This document shows positions 24,028 through 38,208 of a stretch of 64,000 nucleotides of DNA, in pieces (the stretch's first letter is position 1; each line of letters opens with the position of its first letter). Made by a program: the position numbers and the translations under genes. The notes under the pieces are model-generated. The model had not been told where the DNA came from. It ran no database searches and saw nothing but the letters and a program-made list of their open reading frames with translations. The DNA is from Octopus sinensis (taxonomy: Eukaryota): the NCBI RefSeq assembly GCF_006345805.1, contig NC_042999.1, positions 150,040,001 through 150,104,000 of the forward strand, given 5' to 3'.

Positions 24028-27000
24028 ATATACAAAGTGTTATGAATTATAATATCCTATCATTATTTCTTTTCTATAATAGTAAATAATAGATAAAAAT
24101 ATAGATATCGTATTTTGTATTGAGTACGAAAATGCGACATAGTGTCAAATGATGTTGATAGATGGATATTGTCTTTACTTAATATAAAACAACACATCTT
24201 AACAGATTAGATGGTGATCAGAAATAAAGTTTGAATAATAGCCTTCTTTGAACTGGTTTATGACACTTCGAAACTGGGATGCATCCCATTACTTGTATGA
24301 TTCAGGAGCATTGGCCCAGACTGCTTGGTCGTGTTGCTTAATTTTCCAAGTTGGATCCTGCATACTGTGTTCTCTTCACTGAGGATCCACCTGGGGCAAT
24401 GGCTTGTGTTGGTCAGCCACATGCCTCACGGCCATGGCAAATGAGGAATTTTATCAAAGAAATGGGAACTAACTTGATCACTGTTCAGAGGGTTGCCTTG
24501 AATAACCCAAGCAGATCCTGACAAATGGTAGATGCAACAAAGCACTGCAATGGCACTTGCCCCCATACCTGACCTCACCTATCAAACTATATTACTGGAT
24601 ATTGATTAAGAACCTGCTCCCCTATCAAATCCTGTAACACTTTTGGTATCAACCGGCCCAAAACCATGCTTGGTTCTATGGTGCGTATTTCTTGTTTTAT
24701 CAAAGTTTCAAGCTAATTTATTTTCCCAAATATCAGCTTAATAATGATTAAGTTATTTTACTAAATTCTTCATTATTTTCATTATTAATTGAAACAAAAG
24801 CAGTGCATTTTAACAGAAATATGGTAACAATGGGGTTAATATGTGAATTTTTGAATTCCATATGTCAAACACTTAAGGACATGCTTACAAAATCAATAAA
24901 ACAACACAGTATCTATCATCGTTTAATTGTTTAACGTCCGTTTTCCATGCTAGCATGGGTTGGACGAATAACTGAGGGCTGGTGAACCAGATGGCTGCAC
25001 CAGGCTTCAATCTTGATCTGACAGAGTTTCGACAGCTGGATACCCTTCCTAACGCCAACCACTCCGAGAGTGTAGTGGGTGATTTTATGTGCCAGTAAGG
25101 TAATGACTTTCAAAAACATCTTTTATCACTCAGAATTGCTGAAGCTTGGAATGAACAACCTGCATCAGTTGTTAGTTGCTGGAAACTGCATCCATCAAAA
25201 TTTCCATGCTTCTCAAAATTCACCAGCAGTATACCTGATGCACACCACTCAACACTTTTCTTTAAACAACTCTTTCACTGTTCACTTTCTGTGCATTATT
25301 CTATGAACTGTACATGCACTTTTGACTATCTTTTCTGATGAGTTGTAGTGCATCTGTTATTATATATTGCTTAACATTAAGAACCCTCCCTCTTTCATCA
25401 AATCATCTTCAATATATTACTAGCCATTAATTTAACCCCTCCTCCATTAAATTATCTTTAATATATCATCATCATCATCATCATCATCAACATCGTTTAA
25501 CGTCTGTTTTCCATGCTAGCATGGGTTGGACGATTTGACTGAGGGCTGGCGAACCAGATGGCTGCACCAGGCTCCAATCTTGATCTGACAGAGTTTCTAC
25601 AGCTAGATGCCCTTCCTAACGCCAACTACACTGAGTGTAGTGGGTGTTTTTACATGCCACTGGCACGGGGGCCAGTCTGGCAGTACGAGCAATGACCTCA
25701 CTCAAATCTTTTTACACATGCCACCAGCACACATGCCAGTAAGGTGACGTTTAGTCATTAATTTAGAAATTTACAAAGCTTCAATCACCTGAGGCTATAG
25801 AAGGAGAAGCCATGTTGGGGAATTGAATTCAAAACCACAAAGTTACAATGTGAGCTTCTTAACCACAGACCCATACATACATCCATTTATTCCATTTCCT
25901 TTCTTTCATCATAAATTAATATTGTCAGATTCCTTGCGGAGAGAATATTGGAAGAATGTCATTGTGTTGTTTGTTGAGCAGATCCTCTTTCAAGTGTTTC
26001 CTTCCTGTAAATACCTGATACCTTCTGAGCCAACAAGAAAACCCTTACATGGTTGTTTGATCTGCTATATTTAGCAACAAAATTTTGCTCAAATTGTGCC
26101 TCACTGTTTTATGAAAGGAAAAAAATATTAAATAATGAAGTCTACCTCATTAGCAAAATGCCTGTATTGTTACAGCTGTAAAAATTTTACTATAGTCCTG
26201 CTATAAATATCAACCAAGATCTCCTTTTAGTAACATTATACCACCCTTAAAAAAGCACATTGGATAATGTAGTCAGGAGCATACTAAATCTGAAAAAAAA
26301 AATGGGATGGTCATGGTCATATTAGTCATGATCAAAAGTCTGCTTGACCAGGACTGACCTAAGGCTGAACAATAATCTGAGATTTTCAACAAATGGATGT
26401 AAAAAATGATGTTATTTTTCAGAGAAAAAGAAAATTAAGATTTGGTGACATTCATGCCACTCATAAAGACTATCAACATTGAGTATGGTGTGAAATAGTT
26501 GCAACTGAGAACAAAAACCAAATTCAGTGGAAATTTATCTTCAACTAGTGATTCTGTGAATTGATATCTGTGGGATTTTTAACCATGTTACTTCCTGTAT
26601 TAAGACAGCAGGCTGGCAGGATCATTAGCATGCTGGACAAAATGCTTAGCAACCATTTTATCTGACTTTACATTTTGAGTTCAATTTCCTCTGATGGTCA
26701 ACTTCCAGAGTTGATAAAATAAGTACCATTTGAGCCCTGGGGTTGATGTAACCCCTTTCCTGAACTTGGTGGCCTCATGCCAAAATTTGAAACCAATATT
26801 ACCTCCTGGATTATAAACCTCATTTTTAGAGTCTATAGCCATCATCATCATCCTTTAACATCCGTTTTCCATACTGGCATGGGTTGGACAGCTTGACAGG
26901 AACTAGCATCAGGTTCCAATTGTCTGTTTTGGCATGGTTTCAATGGCTGGATGCCCTTATTGATGCCAAACCCTTTAGAGAGCGCACTGGGTGTTTTTTA

Positions 27001-27330
27001 CATGGCAACAGCACAGGTGCTTTTTATGTGGTGCCAGCACAGATATTTATAAGTGACACCAGCATGGGAGCTTTTTACATGTGCTAATGGTTCTGCCAGC
27101 TTGCTGCCTTTCTAAAGGTTCTCCTAATAATTCTTTATAATTTTGGCATAAGGACAGCAACTTTGAAGGAAGGGGCAAGTCGACTACATTGACCCTAGAA
27201 CCTGACTGTTAGCTATTTTAATGACCCTGGAAGGATGAAAAGCAAAGTTGACCACAGCAGAATTTGAACTCAAAATGTTATAAGATGGAAGAAATTGCCA
27301 CAAAGAACTCTTTTCAATGTTCTAATGATT

Positions 27331-27562
27331 CTTATTTCTTTACTACCCACAAGGGGCTAAACACAGAGAGGACAAACAAGGACAGACAGATTGAGTCGAT
27401 TATATCAACCCCAGTGTGTAACTGGTACTTATTTAATTGACCCTGAAAGGATGAAAGGCAAAGTCAACCTCGGCGGAATTTGAACTCAGAATGTAACGGC
27501 AGACGAAATACGGTTACGCATTTCGCCTGGCGCGCTAACGATTCTGCCAGCTCGCTGCCTTA
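27331..27562 (-). mobile_element. Young family A SINE with 17-bp TSD, inserted in an older family A copy
   Basis: TSD tcaatgttctaatgatt at 27314-27330 and 27563-27579; host SINE body at about 27170-27330, host head at about 27563-27595. Confidence 0.88.
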
Positions 27563-27984
27563 TCAATGTTCTAATGATTTTGCCAGTTTACCACCTTAAG
27601 ACCCCTTAGTAGATCAAAATACTTTGTGGTATTTCATTACATCCTTTATAGTCTAACATCAAAGACTGACAGGAATGACTTTTGCCTTTAGGATTGACAA
27701 AAGGCAAAGTAGTGTTGAATGATAACATCTTCAGATTCAGATGAAAATTAACAATGGAAATTACAAAGAATTACTAGTTTTCAGTTTACTAATAGTTTAT
27801 TGAACCTAGAATAATTTCAACCAATGAAAAGAGATTGGGTCAAAGGAAAAAAGAAACGTGAGTATCCTGTTTAAAAGTAGATAAATATCTATTTGAAAAC
27901 AATATACAAGAAACAATGAGTTGTATACCAAGCCATAAAGACAATGATAGAGAAAAGAATACTAGGAAGTTGTTGTCACTGCTG

Positions 27985-28015
<31 letters not shown>

Positions 28016-28439
28016 AATCATCATCATAATCATCATCATCATCATCGTCGTCATCATCATCATCATCATCATCATTTAACATGTGTTCCATGCTGGTATT
28101 AATTGGTTGGTTCAGAAGAATCCAATGAGCCAAAGGACTGTGTTTAAACTCCAATGTCTGGTTTGGCATTATTTCTATGACTGGATGCCCTTCCTAATGC
28201 CAACCACTTTAAAGAGAGTATTGGGTGATATTTTTGTGGTATTGACACTAGTGAGATCATTAAGTAACTCAGAAGGCAAGTTGGAGTGGAGGTGCAGTGT
28301 TGAAGAAGATGACTTTGTGCGAGGGACAGGAACAGACAGTGCTGGATTAGCCATTAAGCAAAATAAGCACATGCTTAGGACATCAAGGGATGGTGGGGGC
28401 ACCACAGAAATGGTAAGTGGTTTACGGCACAAAAGAAAT

Positions 28440-28590
28440 CACTTTAAACTTGCTAAAATAATATTCAGGATGCTTTTGTCTCTACTAAGTATAGATGCAG
28501 ATGTGTTACCTAAGATGAATTTTGAGGATCTGATCAAAGGCTTTGCAATTCAAAAAAGTAGGAGGAAACTTTTCAAATATAAATAAAGTG
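28440..28590 (+). mobile_element. hAT transposase C-terminal (dimerisation region) remnant
   Basis: RMLLSLLSIDADVLPKMNFEDLIKGFAIQKSRRKLF* (cf. LxxLALLSIExD...FDDLIxxFAxxKSR). Confidence 0.65.
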
Positions 28591-28681
28591 GAATTGTACA
28601 AAAATAAACATTATTTTCCCTCTTACTGTTTTGTTTCATTTCAAAAAATAAATATTTATTTTATGATTTGTTATTGTTTAT

Positions 28682-29225
28682 ATCATCATCATCATCATCA
28701 TCATCGTTTAACGTCCGTTTTCCGCGCTAGCACGGGTTGGACGGTTCGACCGGGGTCTGGGAAGCCAGGGGCTGCACCAGGCTCCAGTCTGATCTGGCAG
28801 AGTTTCTACAGCTGGATGCCCTTCCTAACGCCAACCACTCCGCAAGTGTAGTGGGTGCTTTTTACGTGCCACCTGCACAGGTGCCAGGGGTGTCCGGCAT
28901 CGGCCACGATCGATTGGAGCTTTTAATGTGCCACCGGCACGGAAGCCAGTCGGAGCGGCGCTGGCAATGGCCACGTTCGGATGGTGCTTTTTATGTGCCA
29001 CCGGCACAGAAGCTAGTCGGGGCGGCGCTGGCTGGAATCGGCCACGTTCAGATGGTGCTTTTTATGTGCCACTTGCACAGGAGCCAGTCGGGGCGGCACT
29101 GGCATCGGCCACGTTCGGATGGTGCTTTTTATGTACCACTGGCACAGGAGCCAGTCGGGGCGGCGCTGGCATCAGCAACGTTCTGATGGCGCTTTTTATG
29201 TGCCACCGGCACGGAAGCCAGTCGG
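28682..29225 (-). mobile_element. Family B SINE with an internal array of about 65-70-bp units
   Basis: (CAT)n tail, RTE-type end, about 6 units containing gtgccaccggcac. Other copies at about 21650-21790, 22790-23130, 24915-25095, 25465-25750, 26840-27085, 28060-28270, 32040-32290 and 59680-59990. Confidence 0.8.
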
Positions 29226-29865
29226 GGATATATTGAATTATATAATCTTTTATGGGAGCACCAAAATCTTTTAAGTGCTTAGAGCCTTGATGGGTCTTAA
29301 TCCAGCCCTGGGAACAGGTGTATTGCAGTAGAGGAGATATATGGCAACCTAAGCTGGAAAAAGAGAGAGGATGGTAAATATAAGGTGTTAGGCTAGTCTC
29401 CCAAGACACGAGAAGATTGGTATAAGAAAGAATAGAGACTGAGGATTGTGGATGGGTGGATAGGTATGCTTATGAGAGTGTGAAAGGAGAATGGAAGCAA
29501 ACAAAAAATGATACTCGTAGTTACAGATCGAATATGAAATTCATCCCAAGTTAAATCAGTTATGAAATAAAACAGCACAGTATCAATGATTTTCAGAAAC
29601 ATTTTTTCATGCACAGAACTGATGAAGCATAGAATAAACTATCCACATTGGTTGTTTGTTGTTATAACACTGTAATCCTTCAAACACTATATTATTCTGA
29701 ACCCTTTGGCATTTAAACCAACCATATCCAGCCCGAATATCCTAAATTTTTTATGTTCAAATTGGCCAGATCCAGCTTCTCACACCTACTCTACAATGTC
29801 CTTTAAAAGTAAACAATCATAGAAATCTTAAACCTATGAGATAATACATGATTAATTTAAAACAG

Positions 29866-30360
29866 ACTGGCATCCGTGCTAGTGGAGCGCTAAGAGTACC
29901 ATACAAGTGAGATTGTTGCCAGAGCAACAAGCTGGCCTCCATGCTGATGGCACGTTAAAAACACCATTTGAGCGTGATCATTACCTGCATCGTCTTACTA
30001 GCACTTGTGCTGGTGACACATGAAAAAACATTTGAGCAGGGTCATTGCCAGTGCTGCTGGACTGGCTCCTGTGCAAGTGGCACATAAAAAGCACCATTTG
30101 AGCATGGCCGTTGCCAGTACTGCCTAACTGGCCTTCTTGCTGGTGGCACGTAAAAGCACCCACTACACTCTTGGAGTGTTTGGCGTTAGGAAGGGCATCC
30201 AGCTGTAGAAACTCTGCCAAATCAGATTGGAGTCTGATGCAGGCATCTGGTTCACCAGACCTCAGTCATATCATCCAACCCATGCTAGCATGGAAAGCAG
30301 ACATTAAACGATGGTGATGATGACGATGACAATGATGATGATGACGATGATGATGATGAA
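29866..30360 (+). mobile_element. Family B SINE
   Basis: gactggcatccgtgctagtggagcgctaagagtacc...gcatggaaagcagacattaaac(GAT)n; homologous to 40381-40950 and 60940-61455. Confidence 0.8.
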
Positions 30361-30757
30361 AATAAGCATTACATTTGAAAGAGTAATCTGAATGCTAAAA
30401 GATTCGCTGGCACTACTCCAGCCTTTCTTCTTTATGGCTCTTTTACAGTTCATTTTTCTACCTTTTGTGTGTCATATCTTGTACATTATGCATGTTCTTT
30501 CAGCTTTCATTGCTGTCTTTCTCTACTTGATTACTGTCCTCTCTTTTAACCTTTTTCAACAAATCGCAGTGCTCCTTAGCACTGTATGCAATGAGCTCAG
30601 CCAAGAGTAGGGAAAATATTGGTAAGAATCAATTGATAAAGTATCAAACTTGAATCCTCTGATGTCTCAGTCAGATTTAGCAACATATAAAACTTATCAA
30701 ATACTGCACCAACATTGATAAACAAAGATTCTGTTGACTAAGAATGGGCCAGCATCT

Positions 30758-31206
30758 TAGGCGAAGGCAGCGAGCTGGCAGAAGGCAAGCTGGTAGCATC
30801 ACAGGTGGTGAGCTGGCAGAAACGTTAGCATGCCGGGCAAAATGCTTAACGGTATTTCGTCTGCCGTTACGTTCTGAGTTCAAATTCCGCCAAGGTCGAC
30901 TTTGCCTTTCATCCTTTCCGGGTTGATAAATTAAGTACCAGTTACACACTGGGGTCAATGTAATCGACTTAATACCTACGTCTGTCCTTGTTTGTCCCTT
31001 CTGTGTTTAGCCCCTTGTGGGTAATAAAGAAATAGGTATTTCATCTGCCACTATGTTCTGAGTTCAAATTCCGCCAAAGTCAACTTTGCCTTTCATCCTT
31101 TCAGGGTCGATTAAATAAGTACCAGTTACGCACTGGGGTCGATATAATCCACTTAATCTGTTTGTCTGTCCCCTCTGTGTATAGCCCCTTGTGGACAGTA
31201 AAGAAA
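30758..31206 (+). mobile_element. Dimeric family A SINE flanked by a 19-bp TSD
   Basis: TSD taagaatgggYcagcatct at 30739-30757 and 31207-31225. A full copy to about 31033 is followed directly by a 5'-truncated second copy. Confidence 0.85.
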
Positions 31207-31229
31207 TAAGAATGGGTCAGCATCTAATG

Positions 31230-31436
31230 CAGGGGTGGGCAAACTTTTTTGATCGCGGGTCGCACAGTGCGTCTTTGGAACCTTGGCGGGCCTCATTTAT
31301 AAAAATCAAGTGAAAATATTTTTAAAGGCGGTTATAGACCTATAAACACACAATTGATTGAAAGGAAATTTTGTGAAATATTCCTCTCAGCGGGCCGCAT
31401 GAAAACCTATGGCGGGCCGTAGTTTGCCCACCCCTG
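31230..31436. mobile_element. 207-bp hAT MITE with perfect 8-bp TSD
   Basis: TIR CAGGGGTGGGCAAAC / GTTTGCCCACCCCTG; TSD ATCTAATG at 31222-31229 and 31437-31444. Confidence 0.92.
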
Positions 31437-34400
31437 ATCTAATGCATCAACTAACAAAAAAAGTGGTGCATTAGGCTTCAGGTGAACCAACATGGTGACA
31501 TCAGCTGGGATGTTCTTCATTTTATTAAAGGAAGCAAGCTGTTTCATCAAGAATGATAGCTTGGGTTATTTGTTTTGTTTTTGTATGATATCAGAGGATA
31601 TCTGTGAGGAGTTGCATAAGTTCTGCACATTCAGGAATAAACAGACAATAAGTCGATATTCCTTTGAGGTAAAATTTTATCACAAACTGATTGTATGGAA
31701 TCATCTCCATGTTGTTGTGGAGATTATCCAGAAACTTCATGAAGTTATTTGTTTCAATGCAAAAGTTATCAACCTAAAAGAGAGGGGAGAGAGACACAGG
31801 GAGAGAGAGAGAGGTGGCATTTTTGAATTGGTCTCATAAAGGTTACCAAGATTAGAGGTACAATTCATTTTCAAGTGTAAATAAAATCATAGCATTTACA
31901 GGGGCTACAAAAAGGATTTAACATCAGAAACATTTGGCTGTTCTTTGTCTTTCCTCCCCTTCTTTTTCTTCCTGTTTTTCTCTTATGCAACGAAAATTAA
32001 ATTCCTTCCAGTCTGTCATGGTTTTCCCAGCTTCACACGTCATCATCATCATCATCGTTGTCAGCATTGATTTCATCGTCATCATCACCACCACCACCAC
32101 CACCACAATTTAACGTCCGTTTTTTTCTATGTCAGCATGGGTTGGACGAATTCAACAGGAGTTTGTGAGCCAGAAGACGGCGCCAAGCTCCAGTATGACT
32201 TTGGGCTTGATTTCTATGACTTTGGGCCTGATTTCTATGACTTTGGGCCTGATTTCTATGGCTGGGTGCTCTTCCTAACGCCACGCACATACTTAAATCG
32301 ATTTAATAGAAATGTTAATAAAACGGGCAGTAAAAATCAAGCTAAACTAACTTAATTATAAAGAAAAAAAGTTTATCTTCAAATATGAAACTAAACATGT
32401 GCTTGCTTTATTCCACAAACACAAAGCCAATTGTTTTCGTGGAGTGGTGGGGTAAAGTGTAAAGCCTTAATCGCAGTATGTTTGCCTGTAAGAGAAACAA
32501 AAGATAAAATTAGACCTTGGCACGATTCGAACGTAAGTTCAGGTCGCTAACCTTCTTTTTTGAATGCTCTCCCTTGGATAGTAAAAAAAACTGCAACTCT
32601 CGTACAGCTGAATAAGCACGCGCACACAAACACACACGCATGCACACACAAACATACTCTACTCGCAGGCACGTACACACGCATGGACACACGCACGCAC
32701 GTACGCACGCGCACACACACACACACACACACACTCACGTACAAATACAAGCGCGCGATTTTTCTCTAGATATCTTTCAATACGTTCAGAATGTAACATA
32801 TTTTATTTCACCGACTGACTCATCATCATCCAGCAGGTTTCCATTCGCGAATTTGCCGAATGAAGAGAGAAAATAGGAAGCTAAGATCAGAATTTGATTA
32901 TGTCATCCGTACATTATGATGGTAGAATGTTTGCCTTTCGTGATGGAGACCGGGGAGGGGAGAGAGAGAGAAAGAGAAAGATAGAAGGTAAGAGAGAGAA
33001 GCGAGAGAGAAAGAAAGGAAAGAGAAAGAATGATAGAGAGACAGACAGAAAGGGATGGAAAGCAAGAGAGAAAGAAAGAGAAAAAGGAGGGGAAGGGAAA
33101 GAGAAAAAACAGATGAGATAAAAAAAAAAGATAAAGAGAAAGGTGGAGAGAGAGAGAGAGAGAGAAACTTAAGAAGGGAAGAAAAGGATAGAGAGAGATA
33201 AAGAGAGAGAGAGAGTGTGTGTGTGGAACGTATAAAATATTTGAATTAAATACAAATTTCATTTCCTGTCGGCATTTTTTTCATGAATAATAAATAAGCG
33301 AAACTTTAATGTATTAGATGCAAAATTTAAGGATGGGAAGAATTAGTTGTTTTTATTGAAATAGAGACACGGCTTATCGCAACGAGACAATTTCGAGGTA
33401 TTTTAGATATATTTTGTTTTAATTTCATTTTTTTTTTTTATAATGTCATCAATATATATTATAGTGTGATGTATCGCACGGAAATTCTGTCTATTTTTAT
33501 ACATCACATAGATGTTAGTTTATGCCTTAAAGGTCCTCAGTGTAATCCAATATTTCTATAATTAACTCTTTTTGATTTGTTCCTTTACTTAGGGATTCAG
33601 TCATTCCCGCCAGCACCTAGTCAAGGTAGGAACTGTTGCTGCTGCCGTAATTATCTGCTTTGGAGAATCTAGCATTTAATGTGATATTCTTGAAACAAGG
33701 GAACACCAGTATTCCCTGGTACCATGTTTAATAAAAGGAATGTACTTGACCTTTTTTTTAAAACCATTATTGTATTTTATTTTTCCATTTTAAAATCATT
33801 TTCACAAGTTTGCTTCCGCACATAGTGTTCTCTTGCAAATATTAAGAGAATTTCCGATTTAGTTCTGATGAAAGTCTTGTTTATATAAACTACGATATAT
33901 AATAAAATAAAAGATTCTATCAATATTTCATTTTTGTCACAATTGCCACTTTCCGATCTATTCTAAATTTAAAACTATACGCTTATCTAAAAACGAATCC
34001 TCACATTATGCAGAATCGTTCTCTTAAATCTTCCCATTTACTATTTAATGATTCTTTATTCCTAACTCTAAGTAGGTTTTTTTCTCTCTAGTTTTTCAGC
34101 TCTAGCTTTTCCGCCCCCTCCCCCACCACTATCTCTTTCATATTATTTTCTTCCTTTTCACTTTCTTTTCTTCCTGTCTCAATCCTATATTTTGGATGTT
34201 TTCTCTTTATTCCTTTTCTCTCTTTCCGATAAATTCTCTCTGCACAACCAATGGTTTTCTTCTTTTCTTCATCTCTTTATTCTATTTGCTCTTTTTATTT
34301 GCACTCATTCTTCCTGTATTTCGCTCTCTCTCTCCCTCTCTCTCTTTCTTTCTCCATCTCATTTTCTCACACACTTTTCTTCTTTTTCTATCTCGTCTTT

Positions 34401-35409
34401 CTTCCACGAGATTTTCTCTTTCCTTTTTTTTTATACATTATATTCACTCCTGCTTCTCTGTGATTGTATCGTTCCTTTGCTTCCTCCTACATCCCTTGTG
34501 CTTCTTTTTGTAGCGACCCTCACGCAACCAGGTGATGTTTTGTTATTCACTGTTTTTTCTAGTTTCTCTCTTTCTTCCTTTTTTCCACTTGTGAGATAGC
34601 TCGCAGACTTGCTACATAAGCGGAACTCAAAGCTCTATTTGAAACTGTCAAAACAGGGACTGGCAGACCTGCTCGTTGTGTTTGTCGAACGATCTTTCAT
34701 CCGAACAAGATATAGATTTGCCGTATCTCGATTCCGTCAGGTTACATCACATCCTATGTTAATTTCCTTAATTTTATCCCTGAAACATTTCTCCTTCAAT
34801 TACAGATATGGACTGTATCTTATTTCAAAACAGAACACTACTTCTCCAACACATTTTAACTCAATCCTTATTTTATACGAACGATGTAACTGGAAAGTGT
34901 TGCTTTCCACTCGACAATTTATTGTATCTTATATTATTATACTTGGGAATGGTTATATTTTGTCGATTAAACACACGCACTATATATTTCGTCTTCATTT
35001 CAGCTTTATTATTATTTTAGGTTCTTTGTTCAAGCTCTTTCCTCACACATCCTGTGACCTCTTCAGCGACTCTGTCCCACGTGTCTCTTGTTCTGTTTAT
35101 TTCATTTTGTCTTTCTGTGGTATGTATCCCGACCTGCGCATGCGTTTGTGTCTGTATCAGTATGTGTGTGTGTGTGTATGTCTGCGCTTAGTATCTGTTT
35201 TGTGTGTGTGTGTATGGGTACTACACTGTGTACCCGTGTCTTTTATTCATTTATTTATTTTTCTTTCTCATTCTGTCTTTAGTATGTGTATGTACGTCTT
35301 GTGTGTATGTATATGGGATTATGTATTATACTGTTTGTATTTGTCCTTTTTTTTCTTCATTCTGTCATTAGTCGTCAGGTTGCGTAGTGTGGTGGAGAGG
35401 TGGTGGTGG

Positions 35410-35950
35410 TGAGAGGCGTTATTGCATTCATGTTTGCTGTTGAAGCTCGGTCTGTCTGTTACTATGTGTATAACCTCTATAATCTGTCTGAGTGTCGCGT
35501 CTGTTTTATGTGTCGATAATACCTTAACATCTATGTTATTAACCAAACTTCCGTGTTTTAATTGACCATGCTGGTAAAGCAGTGACGAACTTTCCCCTAC
35601 TTGAGTTCCCGCCAGTGTTTACTTATCCGCTCACCTATGCTACGTGTTGTCTCCCCATTGTATGTTGTCCTTTATCTGCACCGTCCCTCAGTACATCTTA
35701 TACTATAAACTACATTCCTAGTTTTATCATTCATCCGTGGGTTTATCCTACGTACTGTACAGTTACTACCCGTACAGAGGGTTCTTGCAAATAGAAATGT
35801 CCTACAGGTCAGGGATTTTATGGGTGGCCCTGGCTTTTCTACTACTCTAATCTGTAGATTCATCTTATCTTTTATTGTATCGTTCATGCGTATACCTATA
35901 CGAACTTTTGGAAGTCAATACGTGCTGTTTAGTTACATTTTATTTAATAT
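35410..35950 (-). mobile_element. Penelope-like GIY-YIG endonuclease remnant
   Basis: LQIRVVEKPG...NVVYSIRC...TYNGETTRSIGERISKH...IDVKVLS...RPSFNSKHE. Confidence 0.75.
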
Positions 35951-38146
35951 ATCACATAAGCCGATAGAGGTCTACATGCCAGGCTAGTACGTAGAAAATA
36001 AAGACAACTTTGTGTGTGTGTGTATCTCGCAACTATAGGTCTATTGTTCGCACTTTCTTCCCACACCTCCTACCAGTAACTACATATGTGTCTTTTTTTT
36101 TACCACCACCATCCTCTTTTTTAGTCCAGTTACCTCCATTGCAAATTCAGATGGACAATAGCGAGAAAATTGCTTAGGATGTCTTAACACACACATACAT
36201 ACACACACGGCACTACTGCAACATCCTAAAATTATTATCTGTCCCACTCAGCCTGGACAACACATGGAACAAATACGCACAGAAATGGCTGCAACATCAA
36301 TAGCCTCCGCCTTTCCCCATCCTCCAGCACTATAATGAGATCCGTATATCATTAACAATAAATGCAGACGGAACAGCAACTACTATACTGTGACCAAGTT
36401 CACATTGACCATTCCCGCTGTGGTCAACACTAGAGTCTATGGATACACAGAAATAGACTGGACAGAAGAGACAGTACAATGTCTCCGGACCGTGACACTG
36501 CACCACACATGAGTCATCACTACAGGTCACAGTGTGTCGTGACGTCCTCAGCTAGCCAAAGGTTTACTATCACCGAGAAGGTAGATTCGTGCTTTGCGCT
36601 TCGTCATTAGATTATCTGCACGCCATAGCATTGATCGGTCACAGCTGACCTGGGGCGACTACAACAAAAGCAGCTTTTATTGCTTGTTATGAGTTTGCAG
36701 CACCGAAAACCATTTTCCGACTTAAAGAGAAGGGGAAAGCTTCCTTGCAGTCGTACGACCGGCAACAATACAACTAGATTTCCTAAAAATCACTCTTCCA
36801 AATAGAAGTACAATACATTGATCAGTGTAGACACTAAATATTAAAACGACGAGATGGTCGCGCCTAGAGCTGCTTTGATCGCAAGCATACTCAGTCAGGA
36901 CTGACTTGGGGCTAAGCTCGAGATCGTGGGCTTCAATAATAACGAAGCAGACGACAACGATGACGATTTTTACGCAAATGCATTTAAGCAGAACTAAATA
37001 AATAGCAGCATGGGCTTTCCATAACGAAATTCCACCGTGACATTTTCGCTCATGAATCAATGGAACTTGCCTTCATTTCCTCCTTATAATGCATTCCTCA
37101 CACATTCTGTATCATTTAGCTTCTTTGATATGATATTCAATCTCTCTCACTCCCCGTCTCTCTCTCCACACATATATGTACACAAGCACAAGTATGTATG
37201 TATGTACGTCTGTATGTATGTATGTACATACGTCTGTACGTATGTACGTACGTCTGTATGTATGTATGTATACATGTGTGCGCGGGCGTCTGCAAATGTG
37301 TGTATACATACACATGTTTACACACATGTACGTGTATATAATATATATAGCCACCAACATAACTACGAAACATTCCGTTACCGTTCGAATATCTTGCATA
37401 TCTATCTGTTTGTCTGTCTGTCTGTCTGTCTCTGTGTATTTATCTATCTATCTATTTATCTATTTATCTGTCTGTCTATCTATCTATCTGTCTGCCTGTC
37501 TAGCTATGTATCTGTCTAAAGACAGGCAGGCAGATAGATATCAGCGGAATCGACCTCAATCTTTAAGTAGCACTTATCCTTTTATCAAATCTGGTAATGG
37601 AATGAAAGACTTGCAAAAACACCAACCAATCTTCATGGAATTTGATGACGAAACCGAAGAATTTGAATTTCGCCTCAATTTATCTTGTCTAAATTTAACT
37701 ATCAGCAGGGCTTTCAGATTTTAAAAAGGAAATGCGATGCCGTAACATTAGTGTCTTTCTTCAAAGACCCTTAGCAATGACAGTGAAATGAAACAGCTGC
37801 AGCCGGTAAGTGAAACCCGAGCAGAATCGGCTCGCCGGGGCACCATGGTTCCTCTTACACAACGGCACTCACGGATTGTCTTAAGATATTGAAGAATTTA
37901 ATGTAGTTATTTACAAGTGCTTTATTCTTATGCCTCGCATGAAGCATGAATTTTTCCCTCCTCTTTTTCAACACGTCCGCGCGTGCACACCTATCCCACT
38001 CCCTCTTTCTCTTTTCTCACCTTCTCTCTCCCTCCCTTTCTCTCTCGATAGATAGACAAATTGACGTTCAGACAGGCAAAAGACTGACACGCAGGCAGAC
38101 AGACAAACTGACATGCATGCAGAGAGACAAACCGACAGGCAGACAG

Positions 38147-38208
<62 letters not shown>

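Noticed and set aside
27810-27857. 48-nt candidate exon (acctag|...aaac|gtgagt; IISTNEKRLGQRKKE), plus similar AG/GT pairs near 17155, 21852, 25931 and 29610
   Set aside because: No homology recognised and phases are inconsistent; such pairs are expected by chance in 64 kb of AT-rich DNA.
34609-35412. 267-aa ORF starting at TTG
   Set aside because: Non-ATG start, F/L/V/C-rich composition typical of T-rich and (GT)n DNA, and no domain motifs.
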